Positions 23,940 to 35,955 of a stretch of 36,218 nt of DNA are shown in pieces. This DNA is from Cirrosporium novae-zelandiae (taxonomy: Eukaryota). The stretch lies in NCBI GenBank assembly GCA_026023565.1, contig JAPETS010000003.1, positions 1,426,001 through 1,462,218 of the forward strand, given 5' to 3'. Position numbers and translations under genes: made by a program. The notes below the pieces were generated by a model. That model worked only from the letters and a program-made list of their open reading frames with translations. It was not told where the DNA came from and ran no database searches. Position 1 is the first letter of the stretch. Every line of letters begins with the position of its first letter.

Positions 23940-25620
23940 TCACGTTCGTTTTCTTGATATGATTTCACATTGATTAGACTTTGGAGAAATAAGAAAGAAA
24001 TGTTGAATTTCCATGCTCGCTGGCGTTGTGGACTGGGCCAATCGAAAATCGGAACACTCCCGGAAGAAATGGGCTATAGCATGACGAAGTTCCATCCATG
24101 CAAGATGCATCCCAAGGCAAATTCGACTGCCTCCCCCGAAAGGTGCAAAAGCAAGCTTTTGTTGAGGCGTGAGCAAAGTAGGACTGACAAACCGGTTGGG
24201 ATCGAAGCTATATGGATATAAACGCTAGGTTAAAAAATATAGCTTGGTAAGACTTACCGGTCAGGATACGGGAATATGTTCGGATCACGGTGGATTGTGT
24301 ATGCTTGTGTGCATGCAACCGTCCCTTCAGGTATGAAGAAGCCCCCGACTCTCAAACCGCTCTTTGGGACTGTACGAGGTAAACTTCCTGGGGCAGCACC
24401 GTACAATCGTAATGTTTCGCTGATAACCGCATTTAGGTAAGGAAGACCCTCTAAGTCGACATCATTGAAATCTGGCCTCAGGGTCGCAACCTCTTGCTCA
24501 AGCCTATCTTTCACAGACGGGTTTGAAAGAACCGCCCAGACCAGATAAGTTAGAGTTACAGCAGTGGTGCCAGACCCAGCAACAATAAATCCTGCAGCTT
24601 CAAAGGCAACTTCAAAGTCTGTCATAGAGCCATCGCCCTTTTCGTTCTGGGCCACCAGATTGGTGAAGATATTAGTCCGCCCAATTTGTTGCCGATGTGA
24701 AGCATTCACGAGATGTTGGCCGTATGTCTGCACTCTATCATCGGTAGATGCAACATCATTGATGATTCCTAGGGGCAGCATTTTTATAGCTTTGTATAAA
24801 AAGGTCGCTTCGGCGCGCATCCCACCCACCTTGGCAGCCCACTCAAGGTCCTCGATGTACTTGCTTTTCTATCACATCCTGTTAGCGTTTTGTGATTTTA
24901 CGACGGTGATTTCGAAATATAAGATCTTGTTCGTACCTGACCACGTTCTAGCATTTCAAACGGCTCACCGAAAGCAACCTGTCCGATAATATCTGCAGTC
25001 ATCAAGGTCCACCACTTCATAACATCGACAGGGCCGTTTTGAGCTTCCTTCTTGATGTTGGAAATAGCAAGGCGAGCCTTTTGAAGCACAAGTGGCTCCC
25101 AATTCTCACGAAGCGCGGTATTGCTAAACGGTCGAGCGAGGAGCTTTCGCCTGATCGCATGCTGCTTCGGATTGATCATGGAGAAGACATCCTGAACAGG
25201 GCCCGATCTAAACTTCTGATACCACGGAGCCTTTAAGAATCCAGAACCAATTCGATGAATTTCCCGGAATCCTTCCAGGTCGGAGACATCTATCTCGTTG
25301 GGAGCTATACGGACGACTGGGCCATACTTTTCGTGAAGCTTGTGGATGTAGTGAAGCCTACGGCCAGCGAGGACGTTTCTTTTCAGTACTAGATGAGTGA
25401 ATTTTGCATACCATGGTCCTGGTACATATCGAAGCGGAGTAAAATAGGCAACATTTACAGTCTGATCCACCGTGATCAGCAATTTTTAGGTAACCCCTGG
25501 GGACTATTCGAGAAACCCTGTAACGCTTCATCTCACCTGGATTATCCAAAGGCCAATAATTACTGATACCAGAATACCAAAGGTAGTCCCCAAAGAAATC
25601 TTTGACGGGCTAATCTCCAT
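23940..25620 (-). CDS. Cytochrome P450 (resembles the secondary-metabolism StcB/CYP62-like class); 3 introns
   Basis: TM MEISPSKISLGTTFGILVSVIIGLWIIQ, VPGPWYAKFT, YGPVVRIAPNE, I-helix IVAGSGTT, ETLR, FDPNRF, heme motif FGGGSRICLG; stop TGA 23940-23942. Confidence 0.93.
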
Positions 25621-27018
25621 TTTGATAAACCCACAGCAAAAAAGCCAAAGCAAAAAGGCTGACAAGAAGTCGTGCGACGTACCTTATTTATTGCTTGTCC
25701 TTGGCTTTATATAAACGGATGTGGAGAACTTCAGGGGGCTAGCTGGGTTCAAAAGTTACTGTTTGTTCCCCACTTGCCTGATGTCGGGTACACAGATATT
25801 CATTTTCAATCCCCGGAGCCAGTGCTAATAACGACAGCCAAATGAGTTAACGAATCCTAACATCCCAACCCAAGAACCCGAAGAGGGGAAACAACATCAT
25901 AAAACCTCAAACTCTATAAATTGTATCGGCTATCCATCGGGTTTCGGCCTCGGCTTCTTCCTTTCTCCACGTCGGCCTCAAATTGCACAAATTGAGGGGT
26001 GGTATAGTAATTAGCACACATTTTTTATACCCCCTTGGCTAGTGAGAAGATCTCATACAGATATAAAATTTTCCCTTGTTCATTTATCCAACTATCCAGG
26101 CGAGTGAGTAGGTGTGTACGTGAGCAAATCATCAAAATCCATCACCCTATTAATACCTCTCCCCCCTCCTCCTCTCCCCTTTCAAACCGCACAAATTCCA
26201 TTCCCTCATACATATCCAATCACATTCACCCCCCCACTCCATTCCAAATTAACAGCACCTCGGGACTGGTCAAATACCTTCATGAAGAAATTCTTTCTTT
26301 TCGATCCCCCCTTTCCATTAACGCAACCGATCCAGAGTTAGTCACCTACCGGGAGTCGGTCGCCGACCAACAATCTACTTCCTTTATCATTCATTTCACC
26401 GACCATTTTATTAATATGAATTATAATATTGTTTTATTTTAACAATTGGAAATATTGGAGATTTGATATTTCTATTTACGAACAAATTTTTATTTATTTA
26501 CTGAAACTACTGTTGCATATTTTGTTAATCTTTTGATTGTGACGCGTGTAAAAATCATGACTGACGCTGTGATTGAGGCGTGTACTGATTGAGATTTGCA
26601 TTAAGCTGGCGACCAACGCTCTGACTGAAGTCCTGACTAAGGCTCTGACTAGGGCCTGCATTAAAGATTTTATTGAAGCTCGTATTAAGATTTTAATTAA
26701 AATTCCAATTAATCTATTATTTCAAGTCAAAAAATTCTTGTATTTTATACTAGGCAATGCTTGGTTGGTGAAGTGATTAATGCAGGAAATAAATCTTTGG
26801 TCGGCTACCAACTCTCGGACGGCTATGTTATCTCGGACGTCCAACAAGCAGAGATGGTACAATTCTTTGAAGGGTTCAGCCGCACGAAAATGTCTCTCTT
26901 CCTACCCCTGATCAATGCGCACCTATTTAGTTGAATAGATTTGTGTTGATTAACATAAATTCTTCGTCCATATCATCCTCTCTATATGGTGTTTATCAGG
27001 ATCAAAATTGATTGAATT

Positions 27019-30000
27019 ATGGAGAGCTATGAGGATGAGCCGCCACCGCGCCGTTTGCGGCGGGCAGACACAATGCCTGTACGATTCGCCGTTCCCGAGG
27101 TCGCCCAGCGACCCCGAGCAGCACCGGCCCGCGAGGGAGACTATTTTCTAGCTCCTCGACGACGCGATTCCTTCAAGTCTGCTGAGCGGCAATCTTCGAA
27201 TCTCTCAGCATACGACGTTCGTAGGCGAGTGGTCGATCCTCACACCTTACTCCCTATTATATAATCCGCTCTCAATACACTGGAGAGGGGGAAATTGGGG
27301 GCCAGCAAACCGCTCTTCTGACAATCATGGACGACGGGACAAGTGCAAGTACATGTAAAAGGAAATGTGAAATTTTCCGCTGGATGTAAGTTAACCCCCT
27401 TGAAATTAGCTTGCTATTATCTAATTGGATTTGTTCTAGATATGTTCAGGATAGAACAATGGATATAGACGTGTTTCAAGTATTGAGATTGAATATGTGT
27501 GCTCTAGCAGTTCAAGAAATGTCTAATTGCATACCAGGTACAATGTCTCCGTATTCCTAAGCTGACTGAAGTTCAAAAGAAGGGTATTTCGAAACTCTTT
27601 ACTCACGTCAAGAAGCGACATGACAAGCCTATGAAGACTCTAAAAGGGAATGGATGTAGCTCCATGTTTCCTTCTTTTGTTCAAGAGACACTCCCATTGG
27701 AAGACGGCCAAAAGGATCCAAGACCTAGAAAGGTCACGTGGTTGTGTTTGCCCTACTTTTGCCTAGAAAAATATACGGAGGAGCAACCCAAGTTTACGGC
27801 TTCTCATCCAATGATAACACTCTTGCAAGCACAGAATAGTATGACGTCGAAGATCCGTGACCTACAGCAAGCTGTCTGCGAATTGGAAAATACTCCGGAA
27901 GGACACTGCTTCCATATCGCGCAAATTTGGTATTTGATACTAGAAGACTGTAAGTGAGCTTCTAGACCTCTTCGCCATACAGAAGCGGCTGACCTGAATA
28001 ATAGCACTCATCGTTTCATGCTCTAGGGCGCCGATATCTACACTGCAGAGGGATCTAGTTACCATTAATTCTACACCAACGCCTAGAGACTCGGCGGTTG
28101 ACTCTCCAATGTTATTCGTGTCCGGTGGGAAGGCGCAATTGTGGGCATTCCCTCTTTCGGAATGCCAATCATGGTTTGTAAGTTGCAAGTACTGACTGTT
28201 GAACATGTTAATCCGACTGACCGCTACCAGGCATTTATGTCTCATTTCTGGGAGTACTGGCCGTGGAAATTCCAGGTTATGTATAACGGAAAAGTAATCA
28301 GCCCAGATGATTGGCCGAAAATGCTTTCTCTTGCTAAAAAAATCGAAAGTTCAGATCTATCTTGATTTCAAGTATGTGTGGCCGCACGTTCTATCTAATT
28401 TACTGCTTATATTCACTAGAACGGCTTCTAAGAAGCTTGCAAAAGGAATTCTGCCTGAGTCAATTGATGATTCTCTGCCTAGGAATAGCGACTCTTTCAA
28501 TACAGGGGCTACCTCTCAAGAGCCACAAGCTGAAGCCTTGAGCGCGGAGCCCGACGAAATGCCGACGAAAATCTCGGGCCTTGATAGTACTAAATCTCCA
28601 ACGAAGGTTGAAAGGATTGATGCGTTTACCAGTGCATCGAAGTATGATGGAGAGGCTAGCAATGAAACAGCGCAAGACACTTCTCAAGGATCCGTTCCCG
28701 CAACTTCTTCTTTTTGCAATTCAAATCCAGTAAGTGATGGATTTCATGTCTTCACTTGGCTGAATTTACGGAACCAGGCGAACGATCTTCAGCAAAGTCG
28801 GAGATCAGGGCCGAATATAGGGAGCTTTGGAGCCATCTCACCAACACCCAATAGTCTTGATAAGCCTACACTGATTGTGGATTATCAAGATGTCGAGAAA
28901 GACTTGAGGGAACTCGACCAATTCCTTAAGAATCAACCCAACCTTTATAACCACTTGACATACCAAATGTGTCCCTTATCCATCAGGAAGACTTTGTATA
29001 CTGAACTCGTGAAGGAAATAGGTGTTGTTATAAATCTATCTGAAGAGAAACCCCAATTTCGCAAAACCCATGAAACCAGGGTGAGCGTATTCAATGCGGC
29101 GTCTTCGGCCTTCCAGTTCTTCTTACCATTCGCTTTCGATGGTCCGACTGTTCAGAATTATTGGGGGGCTATCTATAATCTCTTGTTTGTAAGTGATCCA
29201 AATATTATTTCAACCAACTCCTTCAGGGAAGACTGACTAAACGGGCAACTGTCATCGTTCAAGAAGTTCAGCACCTCTTGCAATAAGCCGGGAAATACTC
29301 CCGGTAAAGAGTTAACCGCTTTGGAAAGATCCAATCAAAATCCCGAAGACCTCGAAGATGTTCTCAAATGTCTTGAAAAGATCACTAGACGTACTGAACC
29401 ATTCCGAGACCTTTTCTCTCAAGCCTCGGCTTCTGAGAGTGTTAGAATCCAGCTCCCGGAAGAATTTCAGCAAGCTTGGCTACATCTCCTGATGGCATTA
29501 GCATTTTGTCTAAAAGACATGGAATCTTATGATAAACAGATTGTGAAGTGCATAAGATTACTAGAAGAGGGCATTAGCAAGTCTCAGAAAGTTTGACTCG
29601 CAAAAGTCTAGTAGAGAACCTTGTCTTCGCACCATCGGACCTTGTATCTCTAATTAGCCTGCATCTACTACAAGATATTTCCCAGCTATCGACAGACATA
29701 AATAAGACTTACCGGGGTTATTTAAGATCTCTCGTCAGTCACTACCATACACATCTGACCTGCCAGGCACCTGACTGATCACATACGCAGGATTCCAAGA
29801 TCGCAGCTGATCCCTTCGACCGAGGCCACCAGGACAGCATTTACTATCTCAAGCAAGAAATTGCCATTATTCAAGAGATTCTCAGCCAACAATATCGAGT
29901 GCTTAAAGATGCTCAATCGTCTTTAGAAGAGACATCTGGTCAAAGCAGGAGTCGCTTCTACTCGAATACAAGACAAAATTATCAAAACCTCTCCGAAGAG

Positions 30001-30795
30001 CCAACCTACTCTAGACGTCTAGAAAACGGATTATATTCTCACGGGCGTGAATACTGCGGGGGTACCTATAGTTGGAAACGCAATCTGACCCTGCCAATCG
30101 AGACTCTGTCACAAATATCTCCCACCGATCCACAAGGCATCCAAGGCCTTCTAATCCAAGATTGCCTCTCCTTGATCGAGAAGCGCCAGTGAGAGTTCCG
30201 GGAAATCGGCAACCGGGCATCTGACCTTGAAGCTTTCGTAGGTTCCTCTTCATAACTAGACCCCCTGTCATGAATATTTCAAGCCTCCCATTCTATCCTC
30301 TACCCATCAAGTGAATCACGTCTTCAACCATGCTCATCTCATCCCAACTTTCTCACTCGCTCTCTCACTTACTTACTATAACACACCTAGAACATCAGAC
30401 GTATCGACTGCAACAAAGATCGTCAAGAAAACGCCATCTATGCCTTTACCGTCGTCACTGTCATCTTCCTTCCTCTAAGCACCGTCGCTAGCATCCTCGG
30501 CATGAACACCAGACAGTGGGTTTTCTGGGCCGTGGCGCTCCCACTCACGATTATCGTTATCGGGCTCTGTTTGATTTGGACCAGGGAGTTGGATGTGTTC
30601 TGGGGGGGGATCAAAGATATGCTTAGCTGGAAGGATGGCAGTGGAAGGAGGAGGAAGGTCGGAGGGCATGGGTATCAAGCGCTACCAGAGGGTTATTCGC
30701 GGGTCAGGAGAACTAGGTCGGGGCGCATGGATGAGGACAGGTTTTCGATTCCTCGCTGGGAGGATGATGCTGGAAGTGTTATTGGTCCAGTGTAG
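27019..30795 (+). pseudogene. Disrupted fungal CorA-like Mg2+ transporter domain gene
   Basis: Family-like blocks SQYTGEG..FRWI, WLCLPYFCLEKY, CFHIAQIWYLIL, and C-terminal NKDRQENAIYAFTVVTVIFLPLSTVASILGMN..WVFWAVALPLT. Lesions: apparent frameshift in A7 run 28336-28342, frameshift near 29593, in-frame TGA 30190-30192. Confidence 0.8.
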
Positions 30796-31098
30796 GATGG
30801 CCGTAGTGTCGGGTAGTGGTGACTTTTTTTTAACACACACTGAACACTACCCCCCAAAATATCAGTCCAATACGAACACTATTTTTTTTTCTTTAAAAAA
30901 AAAAAGGCTATAAATTAACGTAATTCTATTAAATAATCTAAAAAGAAAATGGAGGTTTTTTTTTTATTAAAAAAAACAAAAACCTTGATTTTTTCTAAGC
31001 TCAGTGTAGTGTAGAGTAGAATAGAAGAAAAAAAATCAACATTACCCTCAAAGCGTAGGGCTGACACTAGTGAATACCCGGCACTTGCGGCCACCCTA
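30793..31098. mobile_element. MITE-like non-autonomous DNA element with imperfect ~24-bp terminal inverted repeats
   Basis: Left end TAGGATGGCCGTA-GTGTCGGGTA vs reverse complement of right end TAGGGTGGCCGCAAGTGCCGGGTA (20/24 match); AT-rich non-coding interior; no target-site duplication seen. Confidence 0.6.
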
Positions 31099-31582
31099 AT
31101 CATTCTTCTTGGAAAGGAATGGAAGGGATGGTTTTTTGGATGTGTCCTGAGAGAGAGAAGGGTGGGGGTGGCTATATTGGATAACGAGGAGCAGAAGAGG
31201 AGTAGAGGAGTTGAGGAGTTGGAGATTTTGGTGGGGGGTGGAATTTTTTATTGCTGTATAGTAAGTGAGTAGGTGGGTTGGGTTTGGTTTGGTGATGTTA
31301 GCCTTTTAATTTTTATATTTATTTTTGTGTTTTTTTTTTGGGCGGGGGAAGTGATGGGAATTAATTATTTGATCCAGGTCGTCGTCGAGCGATGGTGTTC
31401 TGTATATCAATATATACATATATCAAGCATCTACTCAGTATAACCGCGTTATACTTTCAACCCGTTCGGGGCAAGCTCAAAGGGAGAGAATCCATGTTAA
31501 ATCAAATTAGATCAAATCAGATCAAATCAAACCACCCTAGTTGAAGCCAACATCCCAAGCACATATCCTCAGCCGAATCCAC

Positions 31583-32863
31583 TCAGTCATACCACAAAAC
31601 ATTAGCACAGCACCCGCCCTCGGTAATATTAACCCTCGCTACCGGCTCCGCCGCCTGGACCCCGCTCCCGGTCGCATTCCCCCCAAGCCTCCACACCTGC
31701 ACGAACCCCGTCGAGCTATCCGTCAGCGCCGCCCACTCATCCGAAAACCCCGCCGGTGCAACGCTATTCGCCGTGCCCCCGCTACTACTCGTCTTTTCCA
31801 AGAGAAGCTGTTTCTCGACTGCGCCATCCTCGGATAGCGAGAATACGGAGATGTATCCCTTCCCCGAAGTTTCGCGGGCGCGGGAGGTGGCCCAGAGGTA
31901 TTTGGAGGAGGCGGAGAGGGCGACTTCGTCGGACCAGTGGGAGGAGTTTGAGACGGTTAGGGGAATCAGGGAGTATGTTTTGGTTGTGTTGGTGGGTAGG
32001 CCCGTGGATTGGGAGAGGGAGTAGACGGCTAGTTGGTTTGTGCCTTCGAGGATTGCGTAGAGGTGGGTGCCTGAGGGGTGGGTGGCGACGTGGCGGGGAT
32101 CAGCGCCCGTGGTGGGGCCGGAGAGTTTGGAGAGGAATGTTAGGGTTCCGGTTTCGTTGTTGACGCGGTGGGTCCAGATGGCGTTGCCGGAGTCGTCGGC
32201 GCTGTAGAGGTATTTGGAGTTTGGGGAGAGTGCTAGGCCGTGCACGCCCGAGGTGCTGGTGTAGGTGTAGTTTTGGATTACTGTGGATAGGGCGCCTGTG
32301 GATGAGACGGACATTACCGTTCCGCAGTAGGCGGCCCCGCCGAATGGGGTCCCGTACACGGTGTAAGGGGAGGAGGGGGAGGCTGTTACGAAGATGTTTT
32401 TCGTGGTACTATCCGAAGAACCTGGGTGGTGGAAGAGGGGTCAGTGGGAACGTTGGTCGAGGTTATTTTGGTTTGGGTTGGCTTTTTGAGCATACAGTTT
32501 CCACCCATCTCGAGGGAGGTATCATAGCTAAGAGATGTTCCGTTCAAGACGGAATAGCTGGAGAATGCGGTGCCTGCAACGCCATAAAGATTTTTCTTGT
32601 TGTGCTGTGATAAGAATTAGAATTAGCTTTTTGTAAGCTCCTCTGTAGTAGTGTAGTCTCACGTCGAATGCTATCCATGAATGGGCATCATATGCACTGA
32701 TGTTGCTTGCAATTTTCAAAGTCAGAGCTTCATCGTCGAATTCGAGAGCGTATAAAGAAGCTGCTTCGAATGTTCCGACAAAGAGATGATGGATTTTGGC
32801 GGATGCCAATGATACCAAGATAAGAAAAGAAACAGAAATTGAGGGGAGAGTGGAGAGTAACAT
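31583..32863 (-). CDS. Secreted lactonase-family beta-propeller, carboxy-cis,cis-muconate cyclase-like; 2 introns
   Basis: Signal MLLSTLPSISVSFLILVSLASA; HHLFVGTF, LYALEFDDE, HSWIAFD, GVHGLA, LYSADD, DPRHVATHP, ILE, WATSR, GGTANSV, GGCCANVLWYD; introns 32605-32662 and 32422-32495. Confidence 0.92.
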
Positions 32864-33601
32864 GGTTGCCTCGAACGAAACGAACAAAATGTAATTGCAG
32901 AAGCACGATGGAATCTTTGAAGCAGTCAGTCTTCTTAAGGTTCATGTGTACATATAGCAACGATAGAGAGGCAAAGAATTAGAAACAGCTGTCGCTGGTA
33001 CACGCGTTGTTGGCAATATCTCCTGGGGAGGTTGACGAAGATCATTTGCTTAGCCTATTCTTTTCACCATCTGTTCCAACCTTTGCTCATTTGTGGAGTA
33101 CTGGACGGGTATCTATAGATAAATATAACATAACAAGCACAGAAAAAAAATGATTTAACCAACAAATTAAAAGAGATTAACCAGCTAATTAGTTTCACGC
33201 GTAAACGACAAGGCGAGACTATGATTCGAATATATCAGAGGCAAAAGCATCCTTGGAATTGACGTATGTATTGTGGGTTAAAGCTTGTTTCAAAGACAAG
33301 AACTGACAAGCCTTACCGTGTAAACAAAGCTTTGAATGGGGCTCCAGAAGTGCTAGAAAGGTCAAAGGATTTAAGGAACAGGGAACCCTGTTCCAGCTTA
33401 CGCGGCGCGACAAGTTGACGGGGGGATCTGCAATGGTCGGTGTAAATTGCGGAGCATTCCAATTGACAAATACAATTCTTTTAATTCGTCATTAAGGAGC
33501 CGTATTTTTGCCGCGGCAAATGTCTGAGATTCAGTGAGGAATTTGAATTGTTGAAGCAGATTGAGCGTTGAGTCGAAAGTTGAAAGTTGATAGTGAAGCT
33601 A

Positions 33602-33665
33602 TTCGGCCCGACTTCGGCTTCGGCTTCGGCTTAGCCCCACTTTGATTCCGCCGTTTCGGCTCGGC
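33602..33665 (+). repeat. Cluster of TTCGGC repeats (about 6 copies, 3 in tandem)
   Basis: ttcggc-ccgac-ttcggcttcggcttcggc...ttcggctcggc. Confidence 0.75.
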
Positions 33666-33747
33666 TTTTTGAGTTTGGAGGCTCCCGAGGAAGTTTAAAA
33701 TCTCAACCTTCCAACTTTTTTTTATATTTTGGTCCAGTAGCATATTC

Positions 33748-33755
33748 AAAAAAAA
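33748..33755 (-). terminator. RNA polymerase III oligo-T terminator of the 5S gene
   Basis: A-run on the + strand (T-run on the - strand) directly after the 5S 3' end. Confidence 0.85.
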
Positions 33756-33874
33756 ACATACAACAGCCGGTATTCGCTGGTCGTCACCGACCCAACTACT
33801 AACCGGCCGGTCTCAAGTTTATGTATGGCAGAGCGGACGGGATGCCCAGTTCTCTTGAGCCTGTGGTCGTATGT
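33756..33874 (-). rRNA. 5S ribosomal RNA (dispersed copy), 119 nt
   Basis: Reverse complement ACATACGACCACAGGCTCAAGAGAACTGGGCATCCCGTCCGCTCTGCCATACATAAACTTGAGACCGGCCGGTTAGTAGTTGGGTCGGTGACGACCAGCGAATACCGGCTGTTGTATGT; paired ends and a typical ascomycete 5S pattern. Confidence 0.97.
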
Positions 33875-35955
33875 ATTAGATGAGGGGTGGGAAAGGGTTA
33901 TATGTGGTGAGCTGGTGTTTAACTTCGACGAGCAACAATTCACGTTTGCTCAATTTGCTACACTTCGTATCAACATTCCCGTTATCACAAATGTCGATCT
34001 CCCATAGTGATGGTCCAGAGTCATGTGGCCACATTGGAACTCTAACATTTGTCTACCTTTCTACTCTTCTAGGATCGAAATAACACTATTCCTCTAATAG
34101 CAACAACAGGCAAATCTATTAATCAATCATGATATTTCAAACGCAACCCTCAGTAAAGGAGATGGGGTGAATTCCGCAGTTAGCACTATGCACAAGTAGA
34201 TATCAGTGATCCCAAGACTTCCAGGGCCAATTTTCACTTCGCGACCCCGACCCTAATGAGCACACCCTCGTTGGTTCATAAGACATATCGGTTTGGAGAT
34301 ATCTAACTCCCTCTGACACATCACCTTAGGCATAGACAGGGTTCTGAAGCTATTAGAGGGGATAAACGAGACGACATATTCGAAACAACCTACGAAGATC
34401 TAGACAATCAAGGTGGTTGACACGAACCGACTTGGCAACGTGGGGTTCAAACTATGACGGATAAAGTAGAATCTCAAATCGACAACCTAGACCGGCCGTT
34501 GTCTATCCATATACCATGTTCTAGTGTAAGGTACATGTACATTTAGCTTTGCCACCAACCATTGTCACCACCTCACCATCACCAGATATCCAAATAAAGA
34601 GTTCATTGCAGAGATACAACCATAAAACCAAACGGCCCGTTTAGCAACAGTTAATCGGACTTATCTTACTATAATATAGGTTAAGATATGGCGGGGTTAA
34701 TGAAATCTGCGATTAGATAGATAATAACCAAACGACCTGATTTTTTTACTTATCAGCCCATTAATTAGATTATCAAATCCTGTTTTCTAGCCACAGTAGC
34801 TGTCTCTAGAACTTACCTCCAACCCCATCTACCTTCCCTTACCATCACCATGTATCCACCACCCATAGAAACCCCCCTACTCTCCTCTCCCCCTACCCTC
34901 CAGCCGAATCCTCCACCACCACCACATTCGACACCCTCCCTCCTTCCCAGAGACAGCAAGTCAAGTCATTGTTCACCTCCCCCTCTTCTTGCACAAACTA
35001 AACCAAAAAAAGGAGATTCAGCAAAAATAGTTTCAAAAAAATCTCCAGGTCAAACCCGAGTCTACATAACCAGTAAATAGATACCGCAGTTACTGTCTAT
35101 ACCTTTGCAGTTTTTTTTATCTCTCATGCACATGCACATGCACCTAGATATGAGGGAGGAACCATGCAGCCGACCTGAGGACAATAGCGGAAAGAAGCGG
35201 GCTATCCCAAGCTGACGGGAAATTATCCTACCTATCTGCATAAAACCGAGGCGAGACGAGACAAGGCTTCCAATGCAATTTTCGGGCATAAACTATCAAA
35301 ATTGAGACCGCATGGACATTTCTGCAGCCTGACTGAGGAATCACACCCCAGTAGATGTATACATATTATGAGATGCTATGAGTGGGGAATTGAGCAGTTC
35401 TCTTCATAGAAACAGAATAAGTAGTTGATTGATTCCAATCAGAAAACAGCCAGCAGTGCTGGAAGTGTTCTTCCAAATGTTATCATCCACGTGAAGATAT
35501 CTCCAGCTTTCCGCAAATGCATAAGATGTAATGGTAAAAGCAGCTTTGTGCACTATTTTTCCATTTCCCATCCAGTTAAACTTACTACTCCCACAACCTC
35601 ACAACCCTCCCTACCTACCTATCCTCAGTCTTGTTTGTTTGTAGCCCCAGCTCAATTTTATATATAGGCCAGCCACTTGATATAAAATCACCAAATTTTT
35701 ATACAGTAACAAAATATAATTATATAGGGCCGACCTAAGGGGCCCTAACTAACTGGTATGAATGAATACGAATACGAATATGAATATGGAGAACATAGGT
35801 TAGGAAAAAAGGAATGAGAGAGCGGTTTTATTTCTAATTTATTACCTTGACTTGAACTTTAATTGAGTTTATAAGTAGTTGTAGTTATATATATAGAATT
35901 CATTTTCAAGTTTAACATTTATAGTACACATCCACCCTATCCAACAAACCCACAT

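Noticed and set aside
1..32863. Whole window as one secondary-metabolite biosynthetic cluster
   Set aside because: No PKS, NRPS, terpene synthase, prenyltransferase or cluster TF seen; enzymes are interspersed with kha1 and other unrelated genes.
33746..34083. ORFs overlapping 33750-33880
   Set aside because: Explained by the 5S rRNA gene.
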